Both the position numbers and the translations under genes were made by a program. Of a stretch of DNA of 64,000 nucleotides, positions 20,101 to 29,400 are shown one piece after another. The notes beneath the pieces were generated by a model, which saw nothing but the letters and a program-made list of their open reading frames with translations, was not told where the DNA came from and ran no database searches. Each line of letters begins with the position of its first letter. Positions within the stretch are counted from its first letter, which is position 1. The DNA is taken from the sequence record NC_070962.1. The stretch is one strand, 5' to 3'.

Positions 20101-20499
20101 GGAAATACTCTGAGCATTTCTACTGATAAGTTCAATAATATCTTCCAAGTTTATGATATTGATAGAACTACAGAGTCTGTTCCAGGAATTGGAGTTACTG
20201 ATATCGTTAAGGTTACTACATTAGTAGAATATCCAATTGATCTTGCAGAAAATCTTGGCACATTTGACAATGATCAAGAAACTTTTGATTCTACCGTATT
20301 GACTTTTGATAATGGGGGTGAAGATAATGGTTACTTTGGAAACTTCTCTTGGGGAAGAATTAACTGGCATCCAACTAAGAGTAGAAAGCAACCTCTAGAG
20401 TTTACTTCTTATCATGAAAATGGTTTTGTTGGAATTTCTACTTCACCATTTATTCGTAGAACATTCCCTCTAAGAACTAAACTATATACTCAATATTGA
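8137..20499 (+). CDS. gp7: giant baseplate wedge initiator (gp7-like) with repeated beta modules and a YHYH-like domain
   Basis: N-terminus ESQIPDFINDEFPLFKDFLRQYF and FYKTKGT..GFRILFRVLY; position between gp6 and gp8; 4120 aa. Confidence 0.75.
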   Translation: MDISRIRLSQILESQIPDFINDEFPLFKDFLRQYFEANEIAGGSYDLLSNIDKYVNLNTLTLTPRDTRSTEDFEYDDTTLTVESTYGFPNKYGLLRLNPSFDGERYYGGEIVTYTSKTDTEFKGIVRNFSGITEVGDEVVFSDSVIDESSNFYYNGTFVQNLSSVFLVEFLNKLKSQIAPGFENRTLNYNVNDRLFLSRTSDFYKTKGTAEGFRILFRVLYNEPVDVIIPSTNIFESSASSNRKTRDLVLYVDDQETDYTDLILHRTIKQPTDSIDESSDLSAYGTITNVEKIERNGVIYYVVSLDSDYDKDISVSGTVFGEFVPTPTTKVTEDFKLNLDGSYPEFLNVDSTIGFDDASSLDVYNIINGETFVNTISYNLRTSTEFYGVTSEVAIPRGTLLSSRRYAFVEFDNRTVYFRVTGILSQIIPDKSSYFSEGDPIKFNSVGLKEDTKKYNDWTFNCNPTYNISNLELQDSINRRYKFNLDGNYDLSLFDKFFLIDNNNNSYNVIISARESLSEYVITSNSIIDLSARSFTIERKLNKANFDFFPEANNFVTDVQNVWRPIDYNDELFVASSSLPNYRNENLTTNDKRITFSANIPSDRSTNKELKIGQDATAQIPEKTHSFYTGDSIIYSEDDDDEENTNRLSIPNGRYYVTVVDNKTIKLSTSLNRVYTKEYVSITGNVTDNTFYYSDFFDIEKVLNIEEPFVLKSKRCIKRILPPIDQSTNETTKPGKIGIFKNGVELLNYKSKNNIFYGGLESIEVLSSGDGYDIINPPSLDIFDGSNADGLNNGGIGATGNFVVQGSVVDIKILGGGYNYTETPTVNVSGGNGKGCVIEPVMETYTHGVTIDASSGFNVGISSNTIISLEDHLFSPGEKILYNCELNNQEIGGLKNKAIYFVGVVDNTSFTLHKSIVDAKNNLNPIDITEFGEGNHKFDSVKKKKRIGSLNVTYSSDDFTYRKVSYDPSVVSTPIDYYTNAITIPSHGFNNGEIVIYESSTTEISGLSSGTSYYVTKVDNDSFKLSSLGIGTLPKNHYYNEKTFVEMTTPGVGRQYFRYPNIEVNITPSGQDVSSVEPQVLPIVRGQIKEVFLESNGVGYGCTNIFNYERQPQITAEPGKLASAKPFIVDGEIKGVIIQNSGQKYVSTPSVQIFTDGEGGFGADLIPIVDNDGRLSDVLVKNGGADYNDATEIEIVSAGSGAKFKAKIYNWNVNEVERALNSNQIYDDDGFLHQDSTIPIEDAEDHGLLQYTHCYAPRKLRQTIYNKKVVNGRTTFNPDLILDRLGREINSTSHSPILGWAYDGNPIYGPYGYTNRDGSGGVKLMQSGYRKRTLTNRPSVTVYPLGFFCNDYEWFSDGDLDEFNGRFCVTPDYPNGTYAYFATVGDNDSIFKNYKLPTFPYVIGDKFKSKPIEFNFVSRLNQDTFFSDLLGDDIPYNYINYNLIRNVTPHNLAGVDGKYNYIFDPSQYITVDSKVKSVTSGSVDNVIIFEGGKDFKVGDRIIFADSGEGTTRPVAKVASIGGTDATSVSVAVSSFNNAELVPSPSTGGVVAICSYPHNSYTGPGKINDLNNQSYFSDELIVYNRDLKIAGFGTDNIVIDLPSVTGIVTYINVFGLESTQNIIPVLPNDIFKIEYGLFNEEVKVLNIDFKNSRLRVQREVNGTIGTSYPVGTALSEDPRKFIIKNESPSDSSNRFNTQLYFNPKESVGVGIGTTLSISNPGAGSTQIFVAGDRIYLPNNTLRVNDKIYYEYDNGPITVESFGDNFNLQKDRPYYAYPFPNGYIGISSRPVGVGSTGPVGVGSITELLSFTGFGAGDNHSFYTRYNDVHAVDITTFEVTVNTSKNHNLVFDDPITVTCEPNIEKTLEVFYNQENAKFAVGKFDFVHADINPKFNTITLTNHGLDNGQKLILESTAPPGGMVNNGVYVVGVVNENTIKLYHTNNGGVVNIVNQSTGRLLVVNPQLNLIRNKTLKFDLSDFSLSYVRNNIRYPAFNLKFYRDKELTHEFLSSSKDKTFSVIKTGRIGVTLDANVKLICDDEFPTKLYYVLEPLKSTQVPVAYSLSSIDTDMNNVITFNNSPISGTYNVRKPTNTSFSYRIAERPDSDNYVTGLSTIRYSTISTTASGPINEVSFISTGSNLIKVPLIEKVDSISGVDSILFPRTDSIGIAKNIEINDIGFDFPTDPTLIPRAYTPSIYKIDPLTSIDSIDVLEKGYRYTILPDLVLLDGFTNKIVTDVDLRYIEEDGFKVDIVKNTKNLYDVEPRLLPINNTNGYKILTLTYDSGSKDATVILDVVGFSTITAWPFPVGSEFMVEGVVTKDPDNDEGYNSSDYNYKKLFTVKTADPNIGGQVPSFTFNMGDFVIKNSPGIFNDLITSGRVIPQSFFPQFKVNRIANKYFTDEIVTNGTSEDIVVSWDVKNELLKIFTSFPERYKVGDVMRGKTSQSSGTLTEVVGISSVSYITGASNAERYKPFDRKGFLNDETQRLHDSDYYQYFSYSLKSEVGITSWKEPVESLIHPAGFKKFSELQVISDKDDQIGISSLGIGADQNESGFLGISNFSSYYDLNCVHDIDLVTENNILNKTSDEIRFNSLILVDYFESIGNRVLIVDDISDQFNSNPRPTAFVTVDTFSLRKFRSKKYVMFTSNKKFPGERQMIIVNVLHNNTYGFLTQYGRVETNNIHGYFDVGVFEDNGLLLFYPLEYRYSDFSISGYQYAIANSITGVSTHYIGDSNSIGFAGIQTAYLPQGTSTSTKIVGIDSSYTSAKVLVTLESSDLQYYQYDEFNIVHDGTNIHNIEFSTLATDNFANQDVSLGIGTYQFEYNGNDVEVRLTPNSGLSTAYDVSSTVVAISNTSRTSIGSSLFNTTLTTVGLGTTVSISPFAGVNTSIQIIDFDPQYKGFNAYVSIEDMTNNIVQMSELVFTHNETDAYITEFGRVSNRGIFEDVGLGTFTTYVDGSTGRARLEFVPYPADPGFTREIEVRIFVGSLNLVDLGVSNSYYNYESGRFSTLYGDYTGTENDVKRSFELRHQGDLIFERVFDSTALGTTVSTDENVLILPNHFFVTGELVRYTVPNEDDIRVGIATTSVAGVGVTDKLPTDLYIVKVNDSKIKFADSAENALKFNPETLTLSSVGVGTQHKITSTNKDAKGIFTIDNMMQSPLVALAITTSVADDIALTETLINTAGITSFFANDIIQIDDEVMLIETVGVGTQDKVRVRRPWMGTELGIHTAGALVTKLKGDYQITGSVINFTSPPYGKVPITVDLNQFGVPFVDPSERDYTGITTNSYFHGRTFMRSGITDETEETYTKNYRFDDISTKFTGIRTAFDMTVNGQDVLGISTDNAIVLVKDIFQQPTRPGVSSIAGNYEFVEVGGKTKILFDGSISSDDFTAVDGQDINVPNLPIGGIIVNIGSTTGLGYQPLVAAGGTATISGFGSITSISIGNSGSGYRPGIQTHINVIAETSSSVSIIGYATALNGHITGVAITNPGTAYTSINPPRIRFDSPLSYTDIPLIYSSDSPNQGIGRTASIDMFVSRDTSVGEFKFNNNGYAYGQGEILTVAIGGTTGIPTDTSKTFDEFQITVNETHSDEFNSWAIGQLQQLDSLDDQFDGIRRVFPISFQGDRLSIRARPGSNIDVSATLLIFINDILQVPNQAYTFKGGSLIIFAEPIPKEYTSRIVFYRGTRDVDVEEVDIVEPIEVGDKVKIMSDIAFQTEDKRTVEDILSSDILLTNPYSGIGRLNDETIERPLMACKQTEDLFINGEYVGKDRRLYEPYIFPTTNLIQPVGIDTTVAWVEGTATFFDNKKENLAEKKLQQIQIISQDVTQVGFATVVISGLGSITSITISNPGTGYTFAPQIAIGPPAPGGTNATAECTIANGSINVINVTNNGAGYTGSNAPYVNIEPPRVSREPIRQVQYDGDFGTIVSVANTNVGVGSTALELSLYIPHDSVVRNLGVNDSGLTTSGITGLVTSYYFTASRTNVGNGITAFYNDGNTLSISTDKFNNIFQVYDIDRTTESVPGIGVTDIVKVTTLVEYPIDLAENLGTFDNDQETFDSTVLTFDNGGEDNGYFGNFSWGRINWHPTKSRKQPLEFTSYHENGFVGISTSPFIRRTFPLRTKLYTQY

Positions 20500-20509
20500 T
20501 ATTGATAAA

Positions 20510-21061
20510 ATGAAGTTACCAGTGATTATATTACACGATTTTGCAAAAATCGGTGAAAGTGATAAAAAACTTATGATTAATGATGTCCTTTCAAGCAGAA
20601 GACAGCACTTAATTAGAGATTCAAATGCATATAAATCAAATAGCCCAATTGAGGTAGATCAAACTGGGCTATTTTCTGTTTTATACTCAAAATTTGTTGA
20701 AAAATCGGAAGAGTTGTTTGGTAAATTAAATTACGAATCAGACAATAGTGACAAGTGTTGGGCATTTTGTACAAATAATGAATATTGGGCATTTAATCCA
20801 CATGTTCATGAATGTACGATCAATTCTGTCTACTATTTGAATGTTCCAAAGCATAATGGCCATGAATGTGGACCAATTATGTTCACGGATGATCCAGATT
20901 CTGGAAAATGGGAGTTTTATCAACCAAGAAATGATGATTTAATTATTTTTCCTGGAGATCTACACCACGATCCAAACTTTGTTCCAACAGACGAATGGAG
21001 AATTTCTGTAAATATGGAAATTCGTTGCAAAAACAAGATTAAGTGGTCTGCTTATAAATAA
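20510..21061 (+). CDS. putative 2OG-Fe(II) oxygenase (HxH-type family)
   Basis: FNPHVH, INSVYYL, IFPGDLHH.P and RISVNM motifs. Confidence 0.7.
   Translation: MKLPVIILHDFAKIGESDKKLMINDVLSSRRQHLIRDSNAYKSNSPIEVDQTGLFSVLYSKFVEKSEELFGKLNYESDNSDKCWAFCTNNEYWAFNPHVHECTINSVYYLNVPKHNGHECGPIMFTDDPDSGKWEFYQPRNDDLIIFPGDLHHDPNFVPTDEWRISVNMEIRCKNKIKWSAYK
21053..21060 (+). promoter_or_regulatory. T4 late promoter
   Basis: Exact TATAAATA 23 bp upstream of the ATG at 21084. Confidence 0.75.
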
Positions 21062-21083
21062 GTCATAAAGTCAGTCTATCATA

Positions 21084-21863
21084 ATGGCACTACAAGGTAT
21101 ATCAACTGGAACTACACCAAATGACGGTACTGGAGATTCTCTCCTTGTAGGTGCCGTTAAGGTTAATGATAATTTTCAAGAAATTTATAATGCTCTTGGA
21201 AATGGTACAAATTTATTAACTGGAAATCCTGGTCTTACTGTTGGATTTATCACTGCCACTGGAGCATCTTTTACTGGAGATGTATCTATTGGTGGAACTC
21301 TTACATATGAAGATGTAACTAATATTGATTCTGTTGGATTGATTACTGCAAGAGATGGTATTTCAGTTCTTGGTGCGGGAATTACAGTAACTGGTGTTTC
21401 TACATTTTATAGTTCTACTACAATTGGTGCGGCAAGTACTTTCACCGATAGTGGTCTTTCTGTGGGTTCTGCGGTCACTGTAACTGCAACTGGAGTCAAT
21501 GTAACGGGTATTGTTACTGCAACTACATTTGAAAAAATTGGTGGTACTTCATCACAGTTTCTAAAAGCAGATGGTTCTGTAGATAGTAGTACATATTTAA
21601 CTACCGCATTGGGAAATCTTGTTGAAGATACGACACCGCAACTCGGTGGTGATTTAGATCTAAACAATAGGGATATCACTGGAACTGGTGATATTTCTAT
21701 TGATACTGGAAATATATCTTTAACTAATGGTTATTTGCAGTCTAATTTGGGGATTAGCACTAATTCTGGATCAACCACTGCCCAAATTAATGTTGACTCG
21801 ACTGGAAATCAGTTGATAATTACTGTGCCAGGTGTTGGTTCAACAACCCTACCATTAACCTAA
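21084..21863 (+). CDS. short virion structural/fibre-like protein
   Basis: gp9/gp10-like N-terminus GTTPNDGTGDSL..GAVKVNDNFQEIY, Thr/Gly-rich beta repeats and LVEDTTPQLGGDLDLN. Confidence 0.65.
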   Translation: MALQGISTGTTPNDGTGDSLLVGAVKVNDNFQEIYNALGNGTNLLTGNPGLTVGFITATGASFTGDVSIGGTLTYEDVTNIDSVGLITARDGISVLGAGITVTGVSTFYSSTTIGAASTFTDSGLSVGSAVTVTATGVNVTGIVTATTFEKIGGTSSQFLKADGSVDSSTYLTTALGNLVEDTTPQLGGDLDLNNRDITGTGDISIDTGNISLTNGYLQSNLGISTNSGSTTAQINVDSTGNQLIITVPGVGSTTLPLT

Positions 21864-21887
21864 TAAATAACTAGAAAATAAACGATC

Positions 21888-23456
21888 ATGTCTGCAATCG
21901 TAACAGATCAACTTAGAATATTGAATGCAAGGAATTTTGTAACAGAAATTACTTCTCTTGATAATTCATATTATGCTTATGTTGGATTAACAAATCCCGA
22001 CGATTATTTGGGAAGTTGGGATGAAGATCCTCCTGCACCAAAAGATAATTTTGACCAGGAAAATCATAATTGGGACACTATTGTTGGATTAAAGAAAATT
22101 AATCCCGATAATGTAAGATTTGCAGTTAAAAAAAATAACTGGACATCTGGTATTACCTATGACATGTATAGGCATGACATTAATCGTGATAAAGTATCTC
22201 AACCATCACTTGCCACTAGTTTATATTCTGCAAACTACTTTATCGTAAATAAAGATTTTAAAGTTTATATTTGTTTGCAAAATGGAACAGATCCAGAAAA
22301 CCCAAATGGAAGACCGTCTCTTGACGAACCAACTTTTATTGATTTAGAACCAAGAAGTGCTGGTACAAGTGGTGATGGATATATTTGGAAATATTTGTTT
22401 ACTATTAATCCAAATGATATTATAAAATTTGATACTTTAAATTATATTACAATTCCAACGGATTGGTCAACTGCAGATGAATACCAATCTGTTAGATTAA
22501 ATGCTGCAAATAGTGGGCAATTAAAGATTGCTACTATTAAAACAAGAGGAGTTGATGTAGGATCACCAAACCAAATTTATACTTGTGATATAGTTGGTGA
22601 TGGAACTGGTGGTGAAGCAACAATTGTAGTTGATAATCAATCAAAAGTTGATTCTGTAACCATTTCAAATGGAGGTTCTGGTTATACTTATGGTCGTATC
22701 GATCTTACCACTGGCAATTTTCCCCAAAATGCAACAACAACTCCAACATTTGATGTAATCATTCCACCAAAGGGTGGACATGGAGCAGATATTTATAGAG
22801 AACTTGGTTGTACAAAAGTTTTAATTTATTCACAAATTAAAAATGATGCAACAAACCCAGACTTTATTGTCGGAAATAGAGTTGCAAGAATCGGAATTAT
22901 TGCAAACCCAGAAGAATTCAATTCTACAGAATCTCTTTCTAAGGACCAAGCAAGTGCTTTATATGCATTAAAGTTGACTGGAGTAAATAATCAAAATGAT
23001 TATATTAATGCATTATTCTCTCCTAATGGCACTATAACACAAACAGTATCTGCTGGATCAACTGCGGTCGGTAGAGTTGTTTCATATAATAAAAATACTG
23101 GGGTATTAAAATATTGGCAAGATAGAACGAATCATGGTTTTGATTATGATTTAGATAATTTGGATGTTACTGCAACATATGGAAATAATTTAGTTGAATT
23201 TACTTCAACTCCAGGAACTGGTGGATCTTTGAATATTAATGGATCTAATCAAGATCTTAAAATTGACGATACATTTAATGATAATAAATTCACTATAAAT
23301 AACCTAAGTTATTATCTTGGACAATCATTTACTGATGGTATTTCCGCACCAGAAGTGAAAAAATACTCTGGGGATCTAGTTTACATTGACAATAGACCAT
23401 CTATCACAAGATCTGAAAATCAAAGAGAAGATATCAAAATCGTATTGCAATTCTAA
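21888..23456 (+). CDS. gp8: baseplate wedge subunit gp8
   Basis: NWTSG.TYDMYRHD, VYICLQNG, DGYIWKYLFTI and the C-terminal YIDNRPSITRSENQREDIKIVLQF; TAAATA at 21864-21869. Confidence 0.9.
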   Translation: MSAIVTDQLRILNARNFVTEITSLDNSYYAYVGLTNPDDYLGSWDEDPPAPKDNFDQENHNWDTIVGLKKINPDNVRFAVKKNNWTSGITYDMYRHDINRDKVSQPSLATSLYSANYFIVNKDFKVYICLQNGTDPENPNGRPSLDEPTFIDLEPRSAGTSGDGYIWKYLFTINPNDIIKFDTLNYITIPTDWSTADEYQSVRLNAANSGQLKIATIKTRGVDVGSPNQIYTCDIVGDGTGGEATIVVDNQSKVDSVTISNGGSGYTYGRIDLTTGNFPQNATTTPTFDVIIPPKGGHGADIYRELGCTKVLIYSQIKNDATNPDFIVGNRVARIGIIANPEEFNSTESLSKDQASALYALKLTGVNNQNDYINALFSPNGTITQTVSAGSTAVGRVVSYNKNTGVLKYWQDRTNHGFDYDLDNLDVTATYGNNLVEFTSTPGTGGSLNINGSNQDLKIDDTFNDNKFTINNLSYYLGQSFTDGISAPEVKKYSGDLVYIDNRPSITRSENQREDIKIVLQF

Positions 23457-23461
23457 GAATT

Positions 23462-26400
23462 ATGCCACAACTCACTAACCTCAACACCTTTCCATATTTT
23501 GACGATTTTGATGAGTCAAAGAATTTTTATAAAGTTCTTTTTAAGCCTGGACAACCTGTTCAAGCTAGAGAATTAACCACAATTCAATCTTTATTGCAAA
23601 ATCAGATTGAAAATTTTGGAGACCATATTTTTAAAGAAGGTTCGGTTGTTATTCCAGGTTCTCTAGTAGTTAAACCAAACCAAATTACTTTAGAACTTGA
23701 AAAAACATTTAATGGACTAGATATTACCCAATATTTGCCATCTTTAGTTGGAAAAACTGTTGTAGGTGAAGATACTGGTGTTAAGGCAAAGATAGAGGCA
23801 TATCAAGGAACATACGTTTTTGTAAATGTTACTGAAACTGGACTAGATAACGAATCTCAGGATTTTATTGCTGGAGAAGCAATTTATATTGAAGAGACTA
23901 TCCCTTTAACTGATGCTGCGATTACTAGTTTTGTTGCTGGATCCTCAGTTGCATCAATTAGAGATGTTGCTGAGGGTTGTATTTCAAAATTAACAGAAGG
24001 TGTATTTTACCTTAAAGGATACTTTGTACAGGTTCCTGAGCAAACATTAATTGTATCTGTAGATGAACCAGAACCAACATTTAAACTTGGTTTTGAGATA
24101 AAAGAAAATTTTGTAACTTCATATGATGATCAAACATTATATGACAATTCCCAAGGATTTTTAAATTTTGCTGCTCCTGGCGCAGATCGTTTAAAAATAG
24201 ATGCAGAATTAATTGCGGTTATTGATGGGGATGAGATTCCTCAAAATTTTGTGGAACTTGCAGATGTTTTAAATGGAAGTGTTTTAACCTCAAAAGTTGA
24301 AAATCCTGAGTATAATATTCTTGCTGATGAAATGGCAAGAAGAACCTATGAGGAAAGTGGAGATTACTATGTAAAACCATTTACATTAGAGGTAAAAAAT
24401 ACATTACAAGATTTTAAAGGTAGTGATGGTCTTTATACTTCAGATGAAAGTACCTTAAGTGGTGAACCTCCAAGAGAAGATTTAGCTGCATATCAAATTT
24501 CTGCAGGAAAGGCATATGTTCAAGGTTATGAGGTAAATATTCAATCTGGTGTAGTTTTAGATATTGATAAACCAAGAACTACTAAAGAATTTAAACAGCA
24601 AGCAATTGAATATTCAACTGGGTCAACACTAAGACTTAATAATGTATATGGTGCTCCAAAAATTGGGTTATCAACATCATATACAGTATCACTAAGAAGT
24701 GAAAGAGTTGGTAGTGCTGCTACTATTGCTGCTGGAAAAGAAATTGGTTTAGCAAGGGTTTATGATTATGCTCTCGAAACTGGATCTTATGATACGTCCA
24801 ATTCTGCCACAAACTCTTGGGATTTAACTTTATTTGACGTTGTTCCATTCACCGATCTAAGTTTGAATGAAAATGTAACAACATTATCAACACCAACCTT
24901 TATCAAAGGTAAGTCTAGTGGTGCTGTTGGATTTTTAAGATATGATGTTTCTAGTTCTACTGGTATTATTACGGCATATAACGTAACTGGCAACTTCATT
25001 AAAGGTGAGGAACTTTTATTTGATGGGCAAGAAAGTGATAGAATTGTTTTGTCTTCTACTAACTATGGTATTTCTAATGTTAAATCAATTCATGGTGAAA
25101 TTGGAATTACTACATTCTCTGGTGACGTAAAACAAACTTCTGTATTAGAACTTGGACAATGTGACTTTAGTGGTGGTGGAGTTACAGTAGCACAAGCTGA
25201 CCGTGATTTTAGTAAAAACTTTGTAGTTGGTGATCTAATTTCTTTCAAAAAATCAGGAAATACAGTTCCTTCTTTCAATAGAGTAACTGCGGTAACTACA
25301 GATAATCTAACTGTAGAGGCAGTTCAAAGTGTTTCTGGTGTAGTTGATGGAGCATTGTTTGGTAATGGTACAACAAATGTATCTAAAGTAACCACCAGGT
25401 TAGGTGATAATGGATCCGACACCTTATACACACCTTTACCAAAGAAAAACATTGCGAATGTAGATCTAAAAGATGCTGTAATTACTATTAGAAAAACATT
25501 CAATACGTCAATTGTTGCTGATGCTACTGGAGGTAGAATAACGATTCTTCCAGCAGAACTAGAAACTGGTGAAACTTTCTTACCTTTTGATGAAGAGAGA
25601 TATATCGTTGTTAATAAGAATGGTCAAACAGAAGCATTAACTGAAGATAAGTTCACAATTACAAGTGGAAGTAGAGAGTTAATCATTAAAGGTTTGTCTA
25701 TTGTTGGTGATGCAACTCTAATTGCTACATTAAGAAAATCCCAGGTAAAGGCACAAAATAAGATTAAAAACAGAGTTAAGACGATTATTGTTGATAAATC
25801 ATCAACTGCTGGATCTGGAATTGGTGCCACAACTCTCAATGATGGTCTTACCTATGGAAACTATCCATATGGTACAAGAGTTCAAGATGAAGTCATTTGT
25901 CTTTTAGAACCAGATGTAACTAAGATTCATGCAATATATGAGTCTTCTACTACTGGATCTCCACAATTACCAAGACTTACCCTAAGTGATATTAGTAGTT
26001 TTAATGGTAGTGTTGAAGATGCACTAAATGGTGAGGAAATTGTTGGAACAACTAGTGGATGTGTTGCAGTTTTGGTTAATAAAATTTCATCTTCAACTGC
26101 TGAAGTTGTTTATATTAACGGTAAAAAATTCAATGTCGGTGAAGAAATTACATTTAAAGAATCTTCAATTACTGCTGATATTGATGTGGTTGTTGATGGA
26201 GACAATGACGTAACTGCAAAATATGTATTGAATGCTGGACTAAAATCTACTATTTACGATTACTCAAGAATTAAGAGAAAACCAAATATTCAAGCACCTA
26301 CAAAAAAATTAGCAATTGTATATGAATATGCAAACATTGATTCTACCGACACTGGAAATCTTTTAGTAGCAAATTCATATGAAAATTTTGACTACAAAGA

Positions 26401-29400
26401 CATACCTATTACAGATGGAGAAAAGCAGAGTGATATTTTAGATATTAGACCAAAAGTAAAATCATATTCTGTAGCAGAAAATGTAAGATCACCTTTTGAG
26501 TTTTTGGGTAGATCTTTTGCATCAACACAAAACTCAAATCTTAATGTATTAGCATCTGATGAATCTATCACTGTAGATTATTCAATATATCTTGGAAGAA
26601 TTGACAGAATCTATCTAACAAAACAAAAGTCTTTCCAAGTAGTTAAAGGAGTTCCAGAGGAATCTCCACAAAAACCAGTTCCATTGGAAAATGCTATGGA
26701 GGTTGCTACCGTAGCTTTCCCTCCATACTTAGAAAAAGTTCAAGATGCAAAAGTTTCAATTATATCTCATAAGAGATATCAAATGAAAGATATTGCTCTA
26801 TTAGAGCAAAGAATTAAAAATCTAGAATATTACACTCAACTTTCATTACTTGAAACAAATACTCAAAATCTTGAGATTAAAGATTCTGATGGTGCTAATA
26901 GATTTAAATCTGGTTTCTTTGTTGATAACTTTACTTCCGTTCAAAATCAAGTCAGCACTATTTCTGCCAAAAACTCTATTGATGCAAGAAATAATGAACT
27001 AAGGCCAGCATCTTATACTACACAATTAGACTTATTACTCGGATCTACACAATTAACTGGAATTAATGGTGAATTGGATCCAAATGCTGATCCAAGATAT
27101 GTTACTGATTTAATCGGTGAAAATATTAGGAGGTCTACAGTTGATCCTAATGGGTCTGTTGGTACAGATGGTATGGGTGTTATTACACTAGACTATGAAG
27201 AAGTTCCATTTATTAGCCAACTTACAGCAACTAGAGTTGAAAATGCTGCTCCTTACTTTGTAAATTTCTACAAAGGAAAAATTACACTAAATCCATCTTC
27301 AGATATCTGGATTGATCAAGCTAGAGTAGAAACTCAAACTATTGATGGTCTTATTGGTGGTTTTAGTCAAACAACTATTCAAGCTAATGCATCTGATTTA
27401 GATCCACAAGCAGGATGGTCTCCAATTACTTGGGGTGGATGGAATGAAAATTGGACTGGAACATCAACATCCGATACTGTTATTACTGCAAGTGACTCAG
27501 CAACTCTCCAAGGTGGTAGTGGAACAAGACCAGGCAGTACAACTGCTTCGGCATCTGTAACCACAAGAACAACAACAAGAACTGGAACTGCAACTCAATC
27601 TGGTACTTCTACAAGAGTTCAAACTACACCAGGAAATACTATTAATCTTGGGGATAAAGTTATTTCTTCTGATGTCTCATCCTTTATGAGATCTAGAAAT
27701 ATTGAAATTATTTCAAGAGGAATGAAACCTCATACAAGACTATATTCATTCTTCGGAACATCTTCAGTAACTAAGTATTGTGTTCCAAAACTGATTGAAA
27801 TTGAAATGATTTCTGGAACATTTAATGTTGGAGAAATTGTTCAATCTGCTGGAACTTCCTCAGTTAGCCCATCAGTAGTTTCCGATTCTCCATATATTGT
27901 ATTCAGAACCGCAGTTTGTAATCATAGAACTGGACCATTTAATGATCCACTGGATATCTACACGGTTAATCCATATACCCGTGAGGAGATGCCAGATCTA
28001 TATTCAACATCTTCAACTACGTTGAATGTCGATTTAACGTCTCTAAGTATTGCACCTATGGGTGATTATTATGGATATATTGCTGAAGGAATGATCCTTC
28101 AGGGAAGAAGTAGTGGTGCTAGAGCAAGAGTCAGTTCTCTCAGACTTACCACAGATAATGTGGGAACGATGCAAGCATCTTTCTACATTCCGAATCCAAA
28201 TGCTCCTGGAGCTCCAAGATTTAGAACAGGATCACTTACCTTTAAATTAAGTGACTCTCCATCTATTGATCCTATTGAAGGAACTGCATACACTGGTGGT
28301 CAGAAAGATTTCTTCTCATCTGGAACAATTCAAAATGTTCAAGGTCAAGTAATTTCAACTCGTAATGTTGAGTTTACCACTGCTCAAACTACTCAATCGA
28401 GATCTATTAGTGATGAAAGTCAATCTATTGTAGATATTGATGTTAATGTTGATGTAACACTACCTCAACCTGTACCAATTCCTCGTCCACAACCACAACC
28501 TAGACCTCAACCACAACCTAGACCTTCACCTAGACCTCAACCAAATCCAAGTCCTAGACCTCAACCTAGACCTGTACCTAACCCTACACCAAATCCACGT
28601 CCATCTCCTAGACCTAGACCAAATCCACGTCCTAGACCTCAGCCACGTCCTAGACCAAATCCTAGACCACAGCCACGTCCTAGACCAAGACCTAGACCCA
28701 GACCTAGACCAAGGCCACGTCCTAGACCAAGACCAAGACCTAGACCAAGGCCACGTCCTAGACCAAGACCTAGACCAAATCCAGCTCCACGGAATGATGA
28801 TGATGATCCATTAGCACAGTCTTTTACAGTTGGTAATTCTCAGGATCCAACTGGTATATTTGTTACTTCAGTCGATCTATACTTTAGAACGACATCAACG
28901 ACAGGTGAGACTTGTTTTGTTGAATTGAGACCAATGGTCAATGGATTCCCATCAAGTGATGAAATTTATCCATTATCTCAGGTAGTACTAAATGGATCTC
29001 AAGTTGAAGTTTCTGAAGATGCAAGTGTACCTACAACGGTAACATTCCCAGCACCTGTTTATCTTGAAGGAAATAAAGAACATTGTATAGTCGTTGGTTC
29101 AAACTCGACTGATTATCAACTTTGGATTTCTAGACTTGGTGAAGTAGATGTATCTACCTTATCCAGACCAGAATCTGAGCAAGTTCCTATTACTAAACAA
29201 TCTACACTTGGATCACTATTTAAATCACAAAATAGTAGAACATGGACTGCTAGCCAATATGATGATCTTAAGTTTAGTATTAATAGGGCAAACTTTGTAG
29301 AAAATGGAAACATTAGTTTCTATAATCCAGATTTAGCACTTGGAAATAGACAAGTTGCAACTTTGAAGAAAGATTCCTTAGATGTTTCTTCTAGAAGAAT

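Noticed and set aside
28463-28792. CRISPR array or DGR interpretation of the CCTAGACC-rich repeat
   Set aside because: The units are 6-bp in-frame codon repeats with no spacers, and there are no cas or reverse transcriptase genes in the window.
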